64,000 nt of DNA from Candidatus Cryptobacteroides gallistercoris. GTDB lineage: Bacteria > Bacteroidota > Bacteroidia > Bacteroidales > UBA932. The translations under genes and the position numbers were made by a program. Position 1 is the stretch's first letter. Each line of letters starts with the position of its first letter. The notes under the pieces were generated by a model, which made no database searches, was not told the DNA's origin, and worked only from the letters and a program-made list of their open reading frames with translations. Location of the stretch: NCBI GenBank assembly GCA_017694835.1, contig JADIMJ010000040.1, positions 555 through 64,554 on the forward strand, given 5' to 3'. This document shows, in pieces, positions 1 to 10,086 of this stretch.

Positions 1-2
1 TC

Positions 3-1946
3 ATGCCTATGGTAGATGTCAGGCCGGAGGGCGGAATTTCAATCCTGGGGAAAAATGATGCCCGGATTCATATTGACGGACGAAGTGTAGGATCCAACCA
101 GATGGCAGAACAGATGCTCAAGGGCATTTCAGCAAGCGAAATCGCCAGCATTGAAATTATTCCCATGTCCGGGAGTGCCGATGCTGCGGAAAATCGTGGT
201 GGAATAATAAACATTGTACTGAAAAGGCCTGACGAAGGTATGCGCCTCATCGCCACGGTAGAGGACAGGCAAGGGTATTACAACAGTCCTCAAGGCGTCC
301 TTTTTATGAATTATGCCGGAAAGCGGCTTGATCTGACTGCGGGGGTAACGGTTTCATACAACCAGCTTCGGCAGGATTCTGAACATGAGTATGATTATCT
401 TCAGACCGGGCTTTTCACCCATTCTGAATTCCATGAAAAAACAAAGTCACTCTACGGAGGAGGATATGTTAATTTGGATTACCGGATTGCCGATCGCCAC
501 AGGTTGGGGGCGCAAATCAACCTGAGCAGTACGAACTACCGTAACAGATCCTCCTCTGTAAATTCTTACGGCAGGGTTGGCAGCAGCCGGATTGATTCGA
601 TTTATAGAGCCGATGTGCGAATGAAGAGCCCAGAGGCTAATCTGAATTGGGGGGCAAACCTCAATTATGTTTTTAATATAGACGACAAAGGTTCCCGGTT
701 GGGGGTTGATTTCGATTTCATCGACAATGAGAACAAGCGTGACATATATAGTCTCTACCATCGGGATTCCGATGCTTCGTCCGTCACCACGGACGATTTC
801 CTCCAGCGCCCGAGAACCTATACTCAGGTCTATGGCGGGCGGGCTGAATACTTGCACTGTTTCAATGCAGACAATAAGCTTAGGATTGGCATAAGCGCAT
901 ACCGAGGGAAGGCGGATAACGATTTCTTCTACGGAATATATTCCGGGGAGAGCTATGTGAGCGATCCGAGACGAACCAACGGCTTCGTCTACAAAGATTA
1001 TAACTTTGCCGGACATGCCAGTTTTCTGCGTGTGTGGTCGGAAAAGTTTGAGACAGAAATCGGAGTCCGGGTGGAGAAGTATTATGCGCGTGGTATGCAG
1101 CAAACTACCTCGGAGACCATCAATCGGGACGAGTTTGATGTTTTCCCGTCGCTCTCGTTGCTTTATATGCCTTCTGATGACCATGAACTCTCACTTGATT
1201 TCTCCAGTTCGATTTCCCGACCCTATTACGGACTTCTCAATCCTTTCATCACTTACACTTCTCCATCTACCTATGTACAGAACAATCCCTACCTCCGGTC
1301 GAGCAAAGGGTACGAGCTGATGTTTGCCTATATGCTGCTGGACGACTATATGCTGACTGTGGACTATCTCTACGACGATAATCTGTGGACGGAGTTCACT
1401 CTGCCGGCAGGCGACATGACGCGCACATACACGGATAATTACGGCAACAGCCATGTATTGGATGTTTCACTGTTCGTATCCAAAAGCCTGTTCAGAGACT
1501 ATTGGAATCTTTCGGCCGAGGTGATGATGGGTTACGAGCGTACATATGGTGAGGTAATTGGTCAACGGATTGACATAAAAGACTTCAGTTACGGCATAAC
1601 CCTCAAAAGCAACTTTGCATTGTCGAAAAAGTACAATTGGCATCTTGACATGAAATATAAGTATTCAAGCGAGAGCCATAAGGCGGCATATGAGATCGGC
1701 TCTACACATGAAATGGAAATCTACCTGATGAAACAGTTCCGGCGGGCTTCCCTTTCTGCCGGAGTGTACAATATCCTGATGCCGGCGGTGACCGTAGGCA
1801 ATACATTAGCGGATTACCGTTTCTCAATCACCAATAAGCGGTATGTCACAGGTGTGGTGACATTCTCTTACACCTTTGGCAATCAGCGCGCCCGCCGCGT
1901 GGAGAAGCGGCAGAATGAGAGTATCGAAAAGCGCATGCAATGGTGA
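3..1946 (+). CDS. TonB-dependent receptor-like outer-membrane beta-barrel protein, 5'-truncated by window edge
   Basis: Plug-like segment (IDGR...IASIEII...GGIINIVLK), long beta-strand pattern, FPSLSL and NPYLRS motifs, C-terminal FSYTFGN typical of Bacteroidales OMP beta-barrel family; begins mid-domain with no signal peptide. Confidence 0.75.
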   Translation: MPMVDVRPEGGISILGKNDARIHIDGRSVGSNQMAEQMLKGISASEIASIEIIPMSGSADAAENRGGIINIVLKRPDEGMRLIATVEDRQGYYNSPQGVLFMNYAGKRLDLTAGVTVSYNQLRQDSEHEYDYLQTGLFTHSEFHEKTKSLYGGGYVNLDYRIADRHRLGAQINLSSTNYRNRSSSVNSYGRVGSSRIDSIYRADVRMKSPEANLNWGANLNYVFNIDDKGSRLGVDFDFIDNENKRDIYSLYHRDSDASSVTTDDFLQRPRTYTQVYGGRAEYLHCFNADNKLRIGISAYRGKADNDFFYGIYSGESYVSDPRRTNGFVYKDYNFAGHASFLRVWSEKFETEIGVRVEKYYARGMQQTTSETINRDEFDVFPSLSLLYMPSDDHELSLDFSSSISRPYYGLLNPFITYTSPSTYVQNNPYLRSSKGYELMFAYMLLDDYMLTVDYLYDDNLWTEFTLPAGDMTRTYTDNYGNSHVLDVSLFVSKSLFRDYWNLSAEVMMGYERTYGEVIGQRIDIKDFSYGITLKSNFALSKKYNWHLDMKYKYSSESHKAAYEIGSTHEMEIYLMKQFRRASLSAGVYNILMPAVTVGNTLADYRFSITNKRYVTGVVTFSYTFGNQRARRVEKRQNESIEKRMQW

Positions 1947-1965
1947 TATTTTCAGAATGCTGCCT

Positions 1966-3309
1966 TTACAGCAGATTAGTCAGGAATATTATCATGACTG
2001 CGACAGGGGCGAGATATTTTATCAGAAAATAGATGAAGCCGGATATGCGGAGGTCTCCTTTGATGGAGCCTCCGTTTGTGAATTCATCCAGGACATCGGA
2101 TTTTTTCATTTTCCATCCCGTGAAAATCACGATGATAAGGGCTCCGAGCGGCATGAGCCAGCCGGCGGACAGCTTGTCAAAGAAGTCGAAAATCGTGTTG
2201 CCGAGGATGCGTATGCCCGAAAGGCTGCCGAAAGAAAGGGAACACAGGATGCCGAGAGCCCATGCTATGCCGGACACGGTCCAGGTCGCGGCTTTTCTTG
2301 AAAGGTGTTTCTCCTCGGTGAGATAGGCGACTCCCACTTCGACCAGTGACACCGAGGAAGTGAGGGCGGCGACGAGAAGGGCAATGAAGAACAGGATGGC
2401 GATGACGCCTCCGAGCGGCATGTTGGCGAAGATGAAAGGAAGAGTTTCGAATACGAGCCCCGGTCCCTCCTGCGGATTGAGGCCGAAGGTGAATACAGCA
2501 GGCATGATGGCGCAGCTCGCTATGATGGCAAAGGTAAGGTCCGCTACGGCGGTCCATGTAGAGTTGAAGGCGATATTCGAGCTCTTGCGGGTATATGAAC
2601 CGTAGGTGAGCATTATGCCGAATCCGACGGAAAGGGAGAAGAATCCCTGTCCGAGGGCTGCCGCGCATACTTCAGGGGTTATCTTGGAGAAATCAGGCCG
2701 GAACAGGTATTTCAGCCCTTCTCCGGCTCCCGGCAGTGTCACGGACCTTACGGCAATGGCTATCACCGTGAGGAAGAGGACGGGCATTATGATTTTGCCG
2801 AATTTTTCTATTCCCTTGTTCACTCCTCCGAGGATGACAAGGGCGGTGAGAAGCATGAAGACCGTATGCCAGAGCAGAGGTGCCCAGGTGGAGGAGATGA
2901 ATCCGCTGAATATTGTCCCGAGTTCTTCCCTCGTCGCTCCCTGCGAAAAAGAGAATGTGCAGGCCTTGAAGAGGTATTCGAGGGACCAGCCTCCGATGAC
3001 GCTGTAGTATGAGACCACGATGACCGGAGTGGCGACCATCAGGATGCCGGCCCATTTCCATGGACTCCCGGGTGCAAGGGTGCCGAATGCCCTGAATGCA
3101 TTGGTGTGGCTCCGCCTTCCTATGATGATTTCAGAGAACAGGATAGGCAGGCACAGCAGGAATGTCAGTATGATATAGACGAATATGAATGCCGCGCCCC
3201 CGTAGATACCCACCATGTACGGGAATCTCCACAGGTTGCCCAGGCCGATGGCTGAGCCTGCCATGGCCACAAGTATGCCGAATGTGCTCTTGAAGTGCTC
3301 TCTTTCCAT
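1966..3309 (-). CDS. Sodium-dependent transporter, neurotransmitter:sodium symporter (NSS) family
   Basis: GSAIGLGNLWRFPY, GGAAF, GQGFFSLS, GPGLVF signature motifs; about 11 TM helices. Confidence 0.95.
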   Translation of the reverse strand: MEREHFKSTFGILVAMAGSAIGLGNLWRFPYMVGIYGGAAFIFVYIILTFLLCLPILFSEIIIGRRSHTNAFRAFGTLAPGSPWKWAGILMVATPVIVVSYYSVIGGWSLEYLFKACTFSFSQGATREELGTIFSGFISSTWAPLLWHTVFMLLTALVILGGVNKGIEKFGKIIMPVLFLTVIAIAVRSVTLPGAGEGLKYLFRPDFSKITPEVCAAALGQGFFSLSVGFGIMLTYGSYTRKSSNIAFNSTWTAVADLTFAIIASCAIMPAVFTFGLNPQEGPGLVFETLPFIFANMPLGGVIAILFFIALLVAALTSSVSLVEVGVAYLTEEKHLSRKAATWTVSGIAWALGILCSLSFGSLSGIRILGNTIFDFFDKLSAGWLMPLGALIIVIFTGWKMKKSDVLDEFTNGGSIKGDLRISGFIYFLIKYLAPVAVMIIFLTNLL

Positions 3310-3335
3310 AGAACAGCTGTTTTAAGTGGCGGGCT

Positions 3336-3866
3336 TCATGCCCTTGTGTAGGTGACGAATTCGAATTCAAGCCCGCTTTCGGGATCGAGGCGAATGCCGG
3401 ATTTTTCCGACGGATGCCATACTGTAGGGTCAATGGCCGGAAAAAATGTGTCAGCGTCTCCGATTGCCGTATGGACATGGGTGATGAGGAGCCTGTCGGC
3501 CGTATCCATGGCCTGGCGGTAGATTTCCCCGCCTCCGATGACGAAGCATTTCATCCCGCAGTTCTCTGTCTCATGATGCTCTTTCATGTAATTTTCGGCT
3601 GCTGCGTATGCTTCAGAAAGCGACTTGGCATAATAAACTCCCTCCGGCCTGTCCTCCGGATTTGTCAGTGACCGTGAGACGATGATGTTCAGTCTCTTGG
3701 GCAGCTGCCTCCCGAGGGACTCGAATGTCTTTCTTCCCATTATCACGGGATATCCAGAGGTATTCCTTTTGAAAAACTGCAGGTCTTCGCGCAAATGCCA
3801 TGGCATGGCATTGCCTTTCCCTATTGCCATGTTCTCGGCAACTGCTGCTATGATTATTCTTTCCAT
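3336..3866 (-). CDS. folA: Dihydrofolate reductase
   Basis: IGKGNAMPWHLREDLQFFK, VIMGRKTFES, LPKRLNII, VIGGGEIY, DTFFP. Confidence 0.95.
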   Translation of the reverse strand: MERIIIAAVAENMAIGKGNAMPWHLREDLQFFKRNTSGYPVIMGRKTFESLGRQLPKRLNIIVSRSLTNPEDRPEGVYYAKSLSEAYAAAENYMKEHHETENCGMKCFVIGGGEIYRQAMDTADRLLITHVHTAIGDADTFFPAIDPTVWHPSEKSGIRLDPESGLEFEFVTYTRA

Positions 3867-4315
3867 GCGGTCCTGAGTCCGAGTCCCCGGAGCCCCGGGA
3901 ACATGTTTTCGTTCTCTATGGTTATGTCCAGTCTCCAGATGCCTTTTTCGGCAGGGACAAGCCCGAGCCTGTATGGGATTTCATATTCTCTGGAGAAATC
4001 TGTTTCCCTGGACACGGATTGCTTCGGCACAGGGAATTCTTCGGAATATCTCTGTCCGGACGGCGCAGTGAACATCATGTTCATCCTGATTGTGTCAGGC
4101 ATGGCCTCAAAGACGGAAGGGCGGCAGTCTATCTTTGAATACAGGTGCAGGTCGTATCTGCCGGCCGTATCGGTCATTGCAATTGTAAAGCAGTATTTCC
4201 CGTTTTCCCTGTCTGCCGCTTTTCTGAAGTCCTCATGGACGGCAGGCCTTGAACATCCTGCGGTAAACATGAGCAGGACGGACAGACACAGCGTAACTGC
4301 GGCCCGGATCTTCAT
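3854..4315 (-). CDS. GldH-like lipoprotein
   Basis: Lipoprotein signal (LLMFTAGC), GLRGLGLR C-terminus, position directly after holB-ricT as in conserved Bacteroidota synteny. Confidence 0.6.
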   Translation of the reverse strand: MKIRAAVTLCLSVLLMFTAGCSRPAVHEDFRKAADRENGKYCFTIAMTDTAGRYDLHLYSKIDCRPSVFEAMPDTIRMNMMFTAPSGQRYSEEFPVPKQSVSRETDFSREYEIPYRLGLVPAEKGIWRLDITIENENMFPGLRGLGLRTAWKE

Positions 4316-5583
4316 TATGCTTCTCCTCCTCCGTTGTTCCTGTTGTCCGCGTTGCTGTTCCGGTCCCCGTTATTTCTGTTGTCTCTGCCGCGGCCGTCTC
4401 TTTTTCCGTCCCTGCGGTCACCTCCTCTTGCTGTATTGCGGTTCTGGCTGTTTCTGTTTTTCTTCTGATTGCCGCTCCGGCGTTTTTTTCTTGTGTCGTC
4501 AAACCGGGTGATGCTGTCGTCCCCGACTGCCGAGATGAATTCAGGCATTGAAGGCTCCGGCTCCGACTTGAGTGACTCCGGCTTTTCACCGTTGCGGTTC
4601 ATGGCCAGCACTTCCCTGACTTCAGCAGCTGCAATGGGATAGAGATTGGCGAAGGAGCCCTGCTCATAAGAGAAGTACATCACTTCCCTGAGTATGTCGG
4701 TCTTCATCAGCCATGCCTGTCCGTCCTGGAATTCAAGCGGCCCGTTGAGCTTCGGAATTCTTGACTGGGCGTCCATATATGTGGCAGTCTCGTAGTTGAG
4801 GCAGCATTTCAGCTTGCCGCATTGCCCCGCAAGTTTCTGCGGATTGAGTGACAGGTCCTGGCATCTTGCCGCCGATGTGGTGATGGACTGGAAGCTGTTG
4901 ATGTAGTTGGAGCAGCACAGTTCCCTGCCGCAGACCCCGAGTCCTCCGATGAGACCGGCTTCCTGCCGTGCACCTATCTGCTTCATTTCGATGCGGATGC
5001 GGAATTCTTCCGCAAAGACTTTTATAAGCTGCCGGAAGTCCACGCGGCCGTCGGCGATGTAGTAGAATATGGCCTTCGTGCCGTCTCCCTGGAATTCCAC
5101 GTCGCCTATCTTCATCTCAAGGTTGAGCTCTGCCGCAATCTGCCTTGCCCGGATCATTGTCTCATGCTCCCGCGCTATTGCCTCCTGCCACTTCTCGATG
5201 TCGAACATCTTGGCCTTCCTGTATATTTTCTTGAATTCGGCAGTGTTGACGTCGATTTTCCGGCAGGCCATCTGTCTGGCTACAATCGGGCCTTCAAGGG
5301 TTACTATCCCGAGGTCATGCCCGTTGGCTGCTTCTACGATGACAAGGTCCCCGGTCTTGATGCTCTGTCCCGACGCGTTGACGTATATTCCTTTTCTGGT
5401 GTTCTTGAACCGTACTTCAAAGTAGTCCTTGAACTGTTCCTGTCTTACTCCGGGCAGCCAGTTGTACACTTCCTGCTTGCAGCATCCCTGACGGTAGGTG
5501 CATTCAAGCTCTCCGTCATCGTTGCGCTCCACGACACAGCCCCTTGAGCAGTCGAATTGTCTTGTCTCGTTATCTAAATCCAT
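4315..5583 (-). CDS. ricT: PSP1-domain Fe-S protein RicT/YaaT
   Basis: EVRFKNTRK, RVDFRQLIK, GLGVCGRELCC, QKLAGQCGKLKCCLNYE; low-complexity R/N/D/G tail. Confidence 0.92.
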   Translation of the reverse strand: MDLDNETRQFDCSRGCVVERNDDGELECTYRQGCCKQEVYNWLPGVRQEQFKDYFEVRFKNTRKGIYVNASGQSIKTGDLVIVEAANGHDLGIVTLEGPIVARQMACRKIDVNTAEFKKIYRKAKMFDIEKWQEAIAREHETMIRARQIAAELNLEMKIGDVEFQGDGTKAIFYYIADGRVDFRQLIKVFAEEFRIRIEMKQIGARQEAGLIGGLGVCGRELCCSNYINSFQSITTSAARCQDLSLNPQKLAGQCGKLKCCLNYETATYMDAQSRIPKLNGPLEFQDGQAWLMKTDILREVMYFSYEQGSFANLYPIAAAEVREVLAMNRNGEKPESLKSEPEPSMPEFISAVGDDSITRFDDTRKKRRSGNQKKNRNSQNRNTARGGDRRDGKRDGRGRDNRNNGDRNSNADNRNNGGGEA

Positions 5584-5587
5584 AGCC

Positions 5588-6718
5588 TTATATACTTAAA
5601 AACAGTCTGTTGACAAGGTCGCAGAACACTATCTTGGCATTGACGTTCCTGTCCAGCAGCGCCGCCGCCTTGTCGAGATATCCGAGAGCCTTGCGGCAGA
5701 ATCCCGGCCCGGCATTCCGTGCAGCCCCTGTAAAGAATTCCTTTTCCTGCGGGGATATCCATGCTATCTGAGGCATGTCCTGCTGAAGCATGAAAATTTT
5801 TCTGACACAGTCGCCTGCAAAGTTACAAAAAGCTTTCTGTTTTTCCCGCGAATCCAGTCCGGACATCATTTCTCCGGTTTCCAGCGCAGACATGAGGTCC
5901 CTTGCAAGCGCAGCCCGCATGAAGTCCGAGAATATGTCAAGGAATTCGGTCTCGCTTTCCTTTCCCGACAGGTCCGCCAGGGCCCTTCCTATACTGCCTC
6001 CGCAGAGGCCGGCTTCTATTGATGCCTCTTCCTCGCCGGCATCCGAATATCGTCTGATGGCCAATGCGGCTTCTTCTTTCGGCTGCGGGGGAATCCTGAG
6101 GCTCTGGCATCTGGAGAAGATTGTCTGCAGCACTTTTTCAGGAGCATGGGTAATGAACAGGAAAATGGTGTTTGCCGGCGGCTCCTCGACGATTTTCAGC
6201 AGCCTGTTGGCAGCCTCGGCATTCATTTTCTCGGGCAGCCACATCAGGATTGTCTTGTATCCGTTCTCTACGGCGGAGAAAGAGAGTTTCTCAAGGATGG
6301 ACTTGGCTTCGGCTACAGCTATGTTGCCGGATTTGCCTTCTATTCCGAGGGCTTTCCACAGGTCGTTCTCAAGGAAATACGGATTCTTCAGCACCAGTCC
6401 TCGCCAGTGGCTGGCATAGGTGTCTGAAGTGGGCCTGGAAGAACTGTCCGCCTTTGCTCCTCCAGTCACCGGATAGACGAAATGTACGTCCGGATGAATC
6501 AGTTTTGCCATTCGGGCGCATGAGGGACATTCTCCGCAGGAGTCTCCCCCGTGCCTGGCCGGGCAGTTCAGGTATTGGATGAATGCCAGTGCAAGAGCCA
6601 GTCCTCCGCAGCCTTCATTCTCATAGAAAAGCATGGCATGGGGAACTCTACCGCTGTCCGCCATAGAGCGCAGGACTTTCTTGATGTCCTCATGTCCGAT
6701 GATTTCCCCGAATCTCAT
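5588..6718 (-). CDS. holB: DNA polymerase III subunit delta'
   Basis: MRFGEIIGH start, PHAMLF, Zn motif C..CGECPSC, HPDVHF, AANRLLKIVEEPP, TIFSRCQ; start set at the ATG just after the upstream stop. Confidence 0.92.
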   Translation of the reverse strand: MRFGEIIGHEDIKKVLRSMADSGRVPHAMLFYENEGCGGLALALAFIQYLNCPARHGGDSCGECPSCARMAKLIHPDVHFVYPVTGGAKADSSSRPTSDTYASHWRGLVLKNPYFLENDLWKALGIEGKSGNIAVAEAKSILEKLSFSAVENGYKTILMWLPEKMNAEAANRLLKIVEEPPANTIFLFITHAPEKVLQTIFSRCQSLRIPPQPKEEAALAIRRYSDAGEEEASIEAGLCGGSIGRALADLSGKESETEFLDIFSDFMRAALARDLMSALETGEMMSGLDSREKQKAFCNFAGDCVRKIFMLQQDMPQIAWISPQEKEFFTGAARNAGPGFCRKALGYLDKAAALLDRNVNAKIVFCDLVNRLFLSI

Positions 6719-6719
6719 G

Positions 6720-7709
6720 TCACGACTGTCTTTCTGCAACAAAATGGGCAAGTTCTTCAAGATAGGTGCGGTCCTGTGATTCTGGAAGCTGTTTCAGCGC
6801 GTCCACTGCCTTGCCGATGTAGCTGTCAAGAACTTTTCTCGCATAGTCTATCCCTTTGTTTTCCCTGACGAAAGAGAGTATTTCCTCTCTTGTCTGTCCG
6901 GGATTCTCCGATATCCGGCCGATTCTTTCCCTTATGGCCGATTCTTTTTCTTTCCCGGCATTCCTGAATGCACCGAGCAGCGGGAGTGTGATTTTCTGCT
7001 CCAGTATATCGACTCCAGCCGGCTTTCCGGTGTCCATTTCAGGCGAGTAGTCGAAGATGTCGTCCCTTATCTGGAAAGCAAGGCCGAGGGACACGGCATA
7101 CTCCCTGACTGCCCGGATTGTATCTTCTCCGGCTTTGACGGAAATGGCGGCGGATACTGCGGCTGCCTCGAACAGGGATGCCGTCTTGTTGAAGATGATG
7201 CGGATGTAGTCGTTTTCGTCCGTGTCCCCGCTCCGGGCTTTTTGAAGCTGAAGTATTTCACCTTCGGCAAGGTCGCTCAATGTCCTGGAGAAGAGTCTGA
7301 TGACTTTCCCTGTGTCTGTCCTGCTTTCCAGGATGAGACCCATTGCCTTGACGAGCCAGTAGTCGCCGATGAGCACGGACACGGAAGGCCCCATCATCGA
7401 CCTGATTGTCGGCATGCCGCGTCTCTGGTCGCTGTCATCCGCCACATCATCGTGAAGAAGGGTCGCATTGTGCAGCAGTTCCGCGCCGGCGGCATATCTG
7501 CAGCTGTCTTCGTCGGCCGTATTTCCGGGGGAACAGGCTCTGGCCACAAGCAGTGCCACCAATGGCCGCAGCTGTTTCCCGGAATGTGACAAGATTGACC
7601 TGTTGGTCTTGTCCAGCAGGTCAATGTCGCTTTTGAGAGAATCTTCGATATAGTTTGCCGTCCTTTTCCAGTCCCGGTCCAGATAATCTTTTATTTCATT
7701 CAGATTCAT
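6720..7709 (-). CDS. Polyprenyl diphosphate synthase (IspB-like)
   Basis: GKQLRP, LLHDDVADDSDQRRG (FARM), KTASLF, AFQIRDDIFD (SARM); probable start MNLNEIK. Confidence 0.93.
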   Translation of the reverse strand: MNLNEIKDYLDRDWKRTANYIEDSLKSDIDLLDKTNRSILSHSGKQLRPLVALLVARACSPGNTADEDSCRYAAGAELLHNATLLHDDVADDSDQRRGMPTIRSMMGPSVSVLIGDYWLVKAMGLILESRTDTGKVIRLFSRTLSDLAEGEILQLQKARSGDTDENDYIRIIFNKTASLFEAAAVSAAISVKAGEDTIRAVREYAVSLGLAFQIRDDIFDYSPEMDTGKPAGVDILEQKITLPLLGAFRNAGKEKESAIRERIGRISENPGQTREEILSFVRENKGIDYARKVLDSYIGKAVDALKQLPESQDRTYLEELAHFVAERQS

Positions 7710-7726
7710 GGTTATATTTTTTCCTG

Positions 7727-8392
7727 TCAGAAAAGGAATGACACAGACAGTGTGAGGCCCTTGAAATTGCCTCCTTCTCCGAAGGCGTTTTCCATGAACC
7801 ATGCCGCCTGTGAGGCTGTGTCGATATTCGGGTTGTCCCTGTACAGCGGGCCGAAGTTCCAGTTATATCTTCCTATAATCTGGAATCTCCAGATTTCAAC
7901 ACCGATGCCGACACCTAAGCCGTATTCCATCCTTGATACGCCTGCCGCCTGCCAGATGTTTTTCCCCGTGAAGCTTTCGGCTTCTGCTGCTCCTTTGCAT
8001 GAAATTTTATTGTTCAGACCTACTCCGATGTATGGCGTGACATCAAGGAATGGCCTGAATAACAGAAGGTCCGGCCCCCACTGGAATGACACCGGAAGTT
8101 CCAGGTATCCGATTGTGAGATCCATGTTGGTTCCTGGTAAATCAGCGATGCGTCCCGCCCTGACTCCTTTGGAGTGATACATGAGCGAAGGCTGTATCGA
8201 GAATCCCATCGGAAGTTTCAGCTGATATGTCACACCGGCATTGTATCTGGTCGTTGTTCCCCGGTTGCCGACTTCGGAGGCTTGGGAAAAGGAGAAACCG
8301 CCGATAACTCCGTAGCGGTTCTGGGCCGTCGCCCCGAGGCCCGTACACAGCATTGCAGCTATCAGAATCGAGATGGTCAGAATCTTTTTCAT
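7727..8392 (-). CDS. Outer-membrane beta-barrel (porin/PorT-like family) protein
   Basis: Signal peptide ending ATA-Q, SIQPSLMY, YLELPV, C-terminal Phe. Confidence 0.8.
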   Translation of the reverse strand: MKKILTISILIAAMLCTGLGATAQNRYGVIGGFSFSQASEVGNRGTTTRYNAGVTYQLKLPMGFSIQPSLMYHSKGVRAGRIADLPGTNMDLTIGYLELPVSFQWGPDLLLFRPFLDVTPYIGVGLNNKISCKGAAEAESFTGKNIWQAAGVSRMEYGLGVGIGVEIWRFQIIGRYNWNFGPLYRDNPNIDTASQAAWFMENAFGEGGNFKGLTLSVSFLF

Positions 8393-8404
8393 GATGTCTT
8401 TTGC

Positions 8405-8719
8405 TTACAGAAGGGCATTGAGTTTGGCTGCTATGTCAGACTTTGGAACGGCGCCCACCAGCCTGTCCACGAGTTGACCGTTCTTGAAGAATAGGAGGGT
8501 GGGGATATTCCGGATTCCGAATTGCATAGGGACTGTTTCGCATTCGTCCACATTGCATTTGGCGATGACTGCCCTGCCTTCATATTCTTCGGCCAGAGCT
8601 TCCACGACCGGGGCGATTGCGCGGCATGGTCCGCACCATGTTGCCCAGAAATCCACCATCACCGGCATCCCGGAATTCAGTATTTCATTGAAATTGGCAT
8701 CTGTAACTGTCTTTTCCAT
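8405..8719 (-). CDS. trxA: Thioredoxin
   Basis: DFWATWCGPC, IRNIPTLLFFKNG. Confidence 0.97.
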   Translation of the reverse strand: MEKTVTDANFNEILNSGMPVMVDFWATWCGPCRAIAPVVEALAEEYEGRAVIAKCNVDECETVPMQFGIRNIPTLLFFKNGQLVDRLVGAVPKSDIAAKLNALL

Positions 8720-8741
8720 AATCTTGTGTCTTAAAATTTAT

Positions 8742-8773
8742 TGTCTGTCAAAATAAGTGTCTGTCAAAATAAG
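8742..8773. repeat. Perfect 16-bp tandem duplication TGTCTGTCAAAATAAG x2 in trxA leader
   Basis: Read directly at 8742-8757 and 8758-8773. Confidence 0.9.
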
Positions 8774-8814
8774 TGCCCGAATAATAAACGGGCTTCCGGA
8801 CAAGCCGCCGTGTA

Positions 8815-9411
8815 CTAAAATACTATGGCGAGCGAAATCGTGTAGCCGCTGAAATTGGATTCGTTCAGAATGTCCTTGAATGCCTGTTCTGCGAGGTCCA
8901 TGTTGGCAAGGTTGCCGAGGCTCCAGTTGTATTGTCCCGTTATCTGGAAATGCCACAGCTGTATGCCGATGCCGGCGGCCACTCCGTATTCGAATCTGTT
9001 GAGGTTCTTCCAGGAATATTGGTTGCCTTCGGCGTCCTTCATGTCCTTGGAGATGGCGTATCCGATGTACGGGGAGCCCTGGGCAAAGACCCTTATGTTA
9101 CCGTCATTGAATCTCGGGCCCCACTGGATGTGTACGGGGACTTCAAGATAACCGAGGCCGAAGCTGTTGTCTGTTTCATTGATTCTGGCTCCCTTCACAT
9201 GGAACATGAGCTCCGGCTGTACTGAAAACCACAGAGGCAGGTCCACCTGATACAGCAGACCGGCCTGATAGCCGATGAAATCCTTGGCATTGACATTCCT
9301 CAGACTGGAAATATTCACTCCTCCTTTGATGCCGAAACCTTCTGCAGATGCGGTCAAAGGGATGACAGTCAACAATATGACTGTAGCTATGATTCTTATT
9401 AACCGTTTCAT
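8815..9411 (-). CDS. Outer-membrane beta-barrel (porin/PorT-like family) protein, paralog of 7727-8392
   Basis: FGIKGGVN, SVQPELMF, YLEVPV, C-terminal Phe. Confidence 0.82.
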   Translation of the reverse strand: MKRLIRIIATVILLTVIPLTASAEGFGIKGGVNISSLRNVNAKDFIGYQAGLLYQVDLPLWFSVQPELMFHVKGARINETDNSFGLGYLEVPVHIQWGPRFNDGNIRVFAQGSPYIGYAISKDMKDAEGNQYSWKNLNRFEYGVAAGIGIQLWHFQITGQYNWSLGNLANMDLAEQAFKDILNESNFSGYTISLAIVF

Positions 9412-9471
9412 GGCAGTACTTTTTACAAAAGTAATAATTTTCCTGCAAAAGATGAGTGGGCAACCGTTTTT

Positions 9472-10086
9472 TCAGATTTCCAGCCATTCATATTCTCCTC
9501 CCCAGATTGAGAGGAACTTCAGGAAATCAGAATATGCGAGCACCGCTCCGGAAGTGTTCTCGCATGGATGGAAACTGAGCTTTTCGGCTTTTTTCAGGTC
9601 GCTGTCAAGGAAAAGCTTTACCCTGTGCCCGTTATCGAACAGTTCCTTCGGGTCGGCGGTCTCCCTGATGCCGATGTCATTTATGAGTCCGAGGGGGGAG
9701 ACCGAGCCCGGCTTCAGGCCGAGACATCTCTCCATCCTTTCCGGGGAGGCAAATGACAGCTTCCCCTGATGCAGGAGGTGTTCCAGTCCGTGGATATCGA
9801 GGTCCTTGTGGCACTCCAGCACTACCAGATAATGCCTGTTCCCCTTGTGGTTGCGGAAAAACAGGTTTTTGCAATGCGTCGCCTCCACATTTTTCCAGTA
9901 CTCGAGAGCTTCCTTTACTGTAGGGAGCGGGGGATGGGTATAGAGTTCATAACCGATGCCGTGCTCTGTCAGGAAGTCCAGCGTCTTCTGTCTTCTGGCA
10001 AGCCTGTCCGCCGTTTCATCGTCCGGCTTTGCGGTGCAGGTCCCGTACTGTTTTGCCTTATTTTCCATCTGCGAGGCTTTTGGCAT
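9472..10086 (-). CDS. Prolyl-tRNA editing protein (YbaK/PrdX family)
   Basis: HPPLPTV, HCKNLFFRNHKG, LSFAS, PGSVSPLGLIND, FHPCENT; start could be 10068. Confidence 0.9.
   Translation of the reverse strand: MPKASQMENKAKQYGTCTAKPDDETADRLARRQKTLDFLTEHGIGYELYTHPPLPTVKEALEYWKNVEATHCKNLFFRNHKGNRHYLVVLECHKDLDIHGLEHLLHQGKLSFASPERMERCLGLKPGSVSPLGLINDIGIRETADPKELFDNGHRVKLFLDSDLKKAEKLSFHPCENTSGAVLAYSDFLKFLSIWGGEYEWLEI

Noticed and set aside
3854-4315. GldH as evidence of gliding motility
   Set aside because: gldH-like genes follow holB-ricT in non-gliding Bacteroidales too; no other gld genes here
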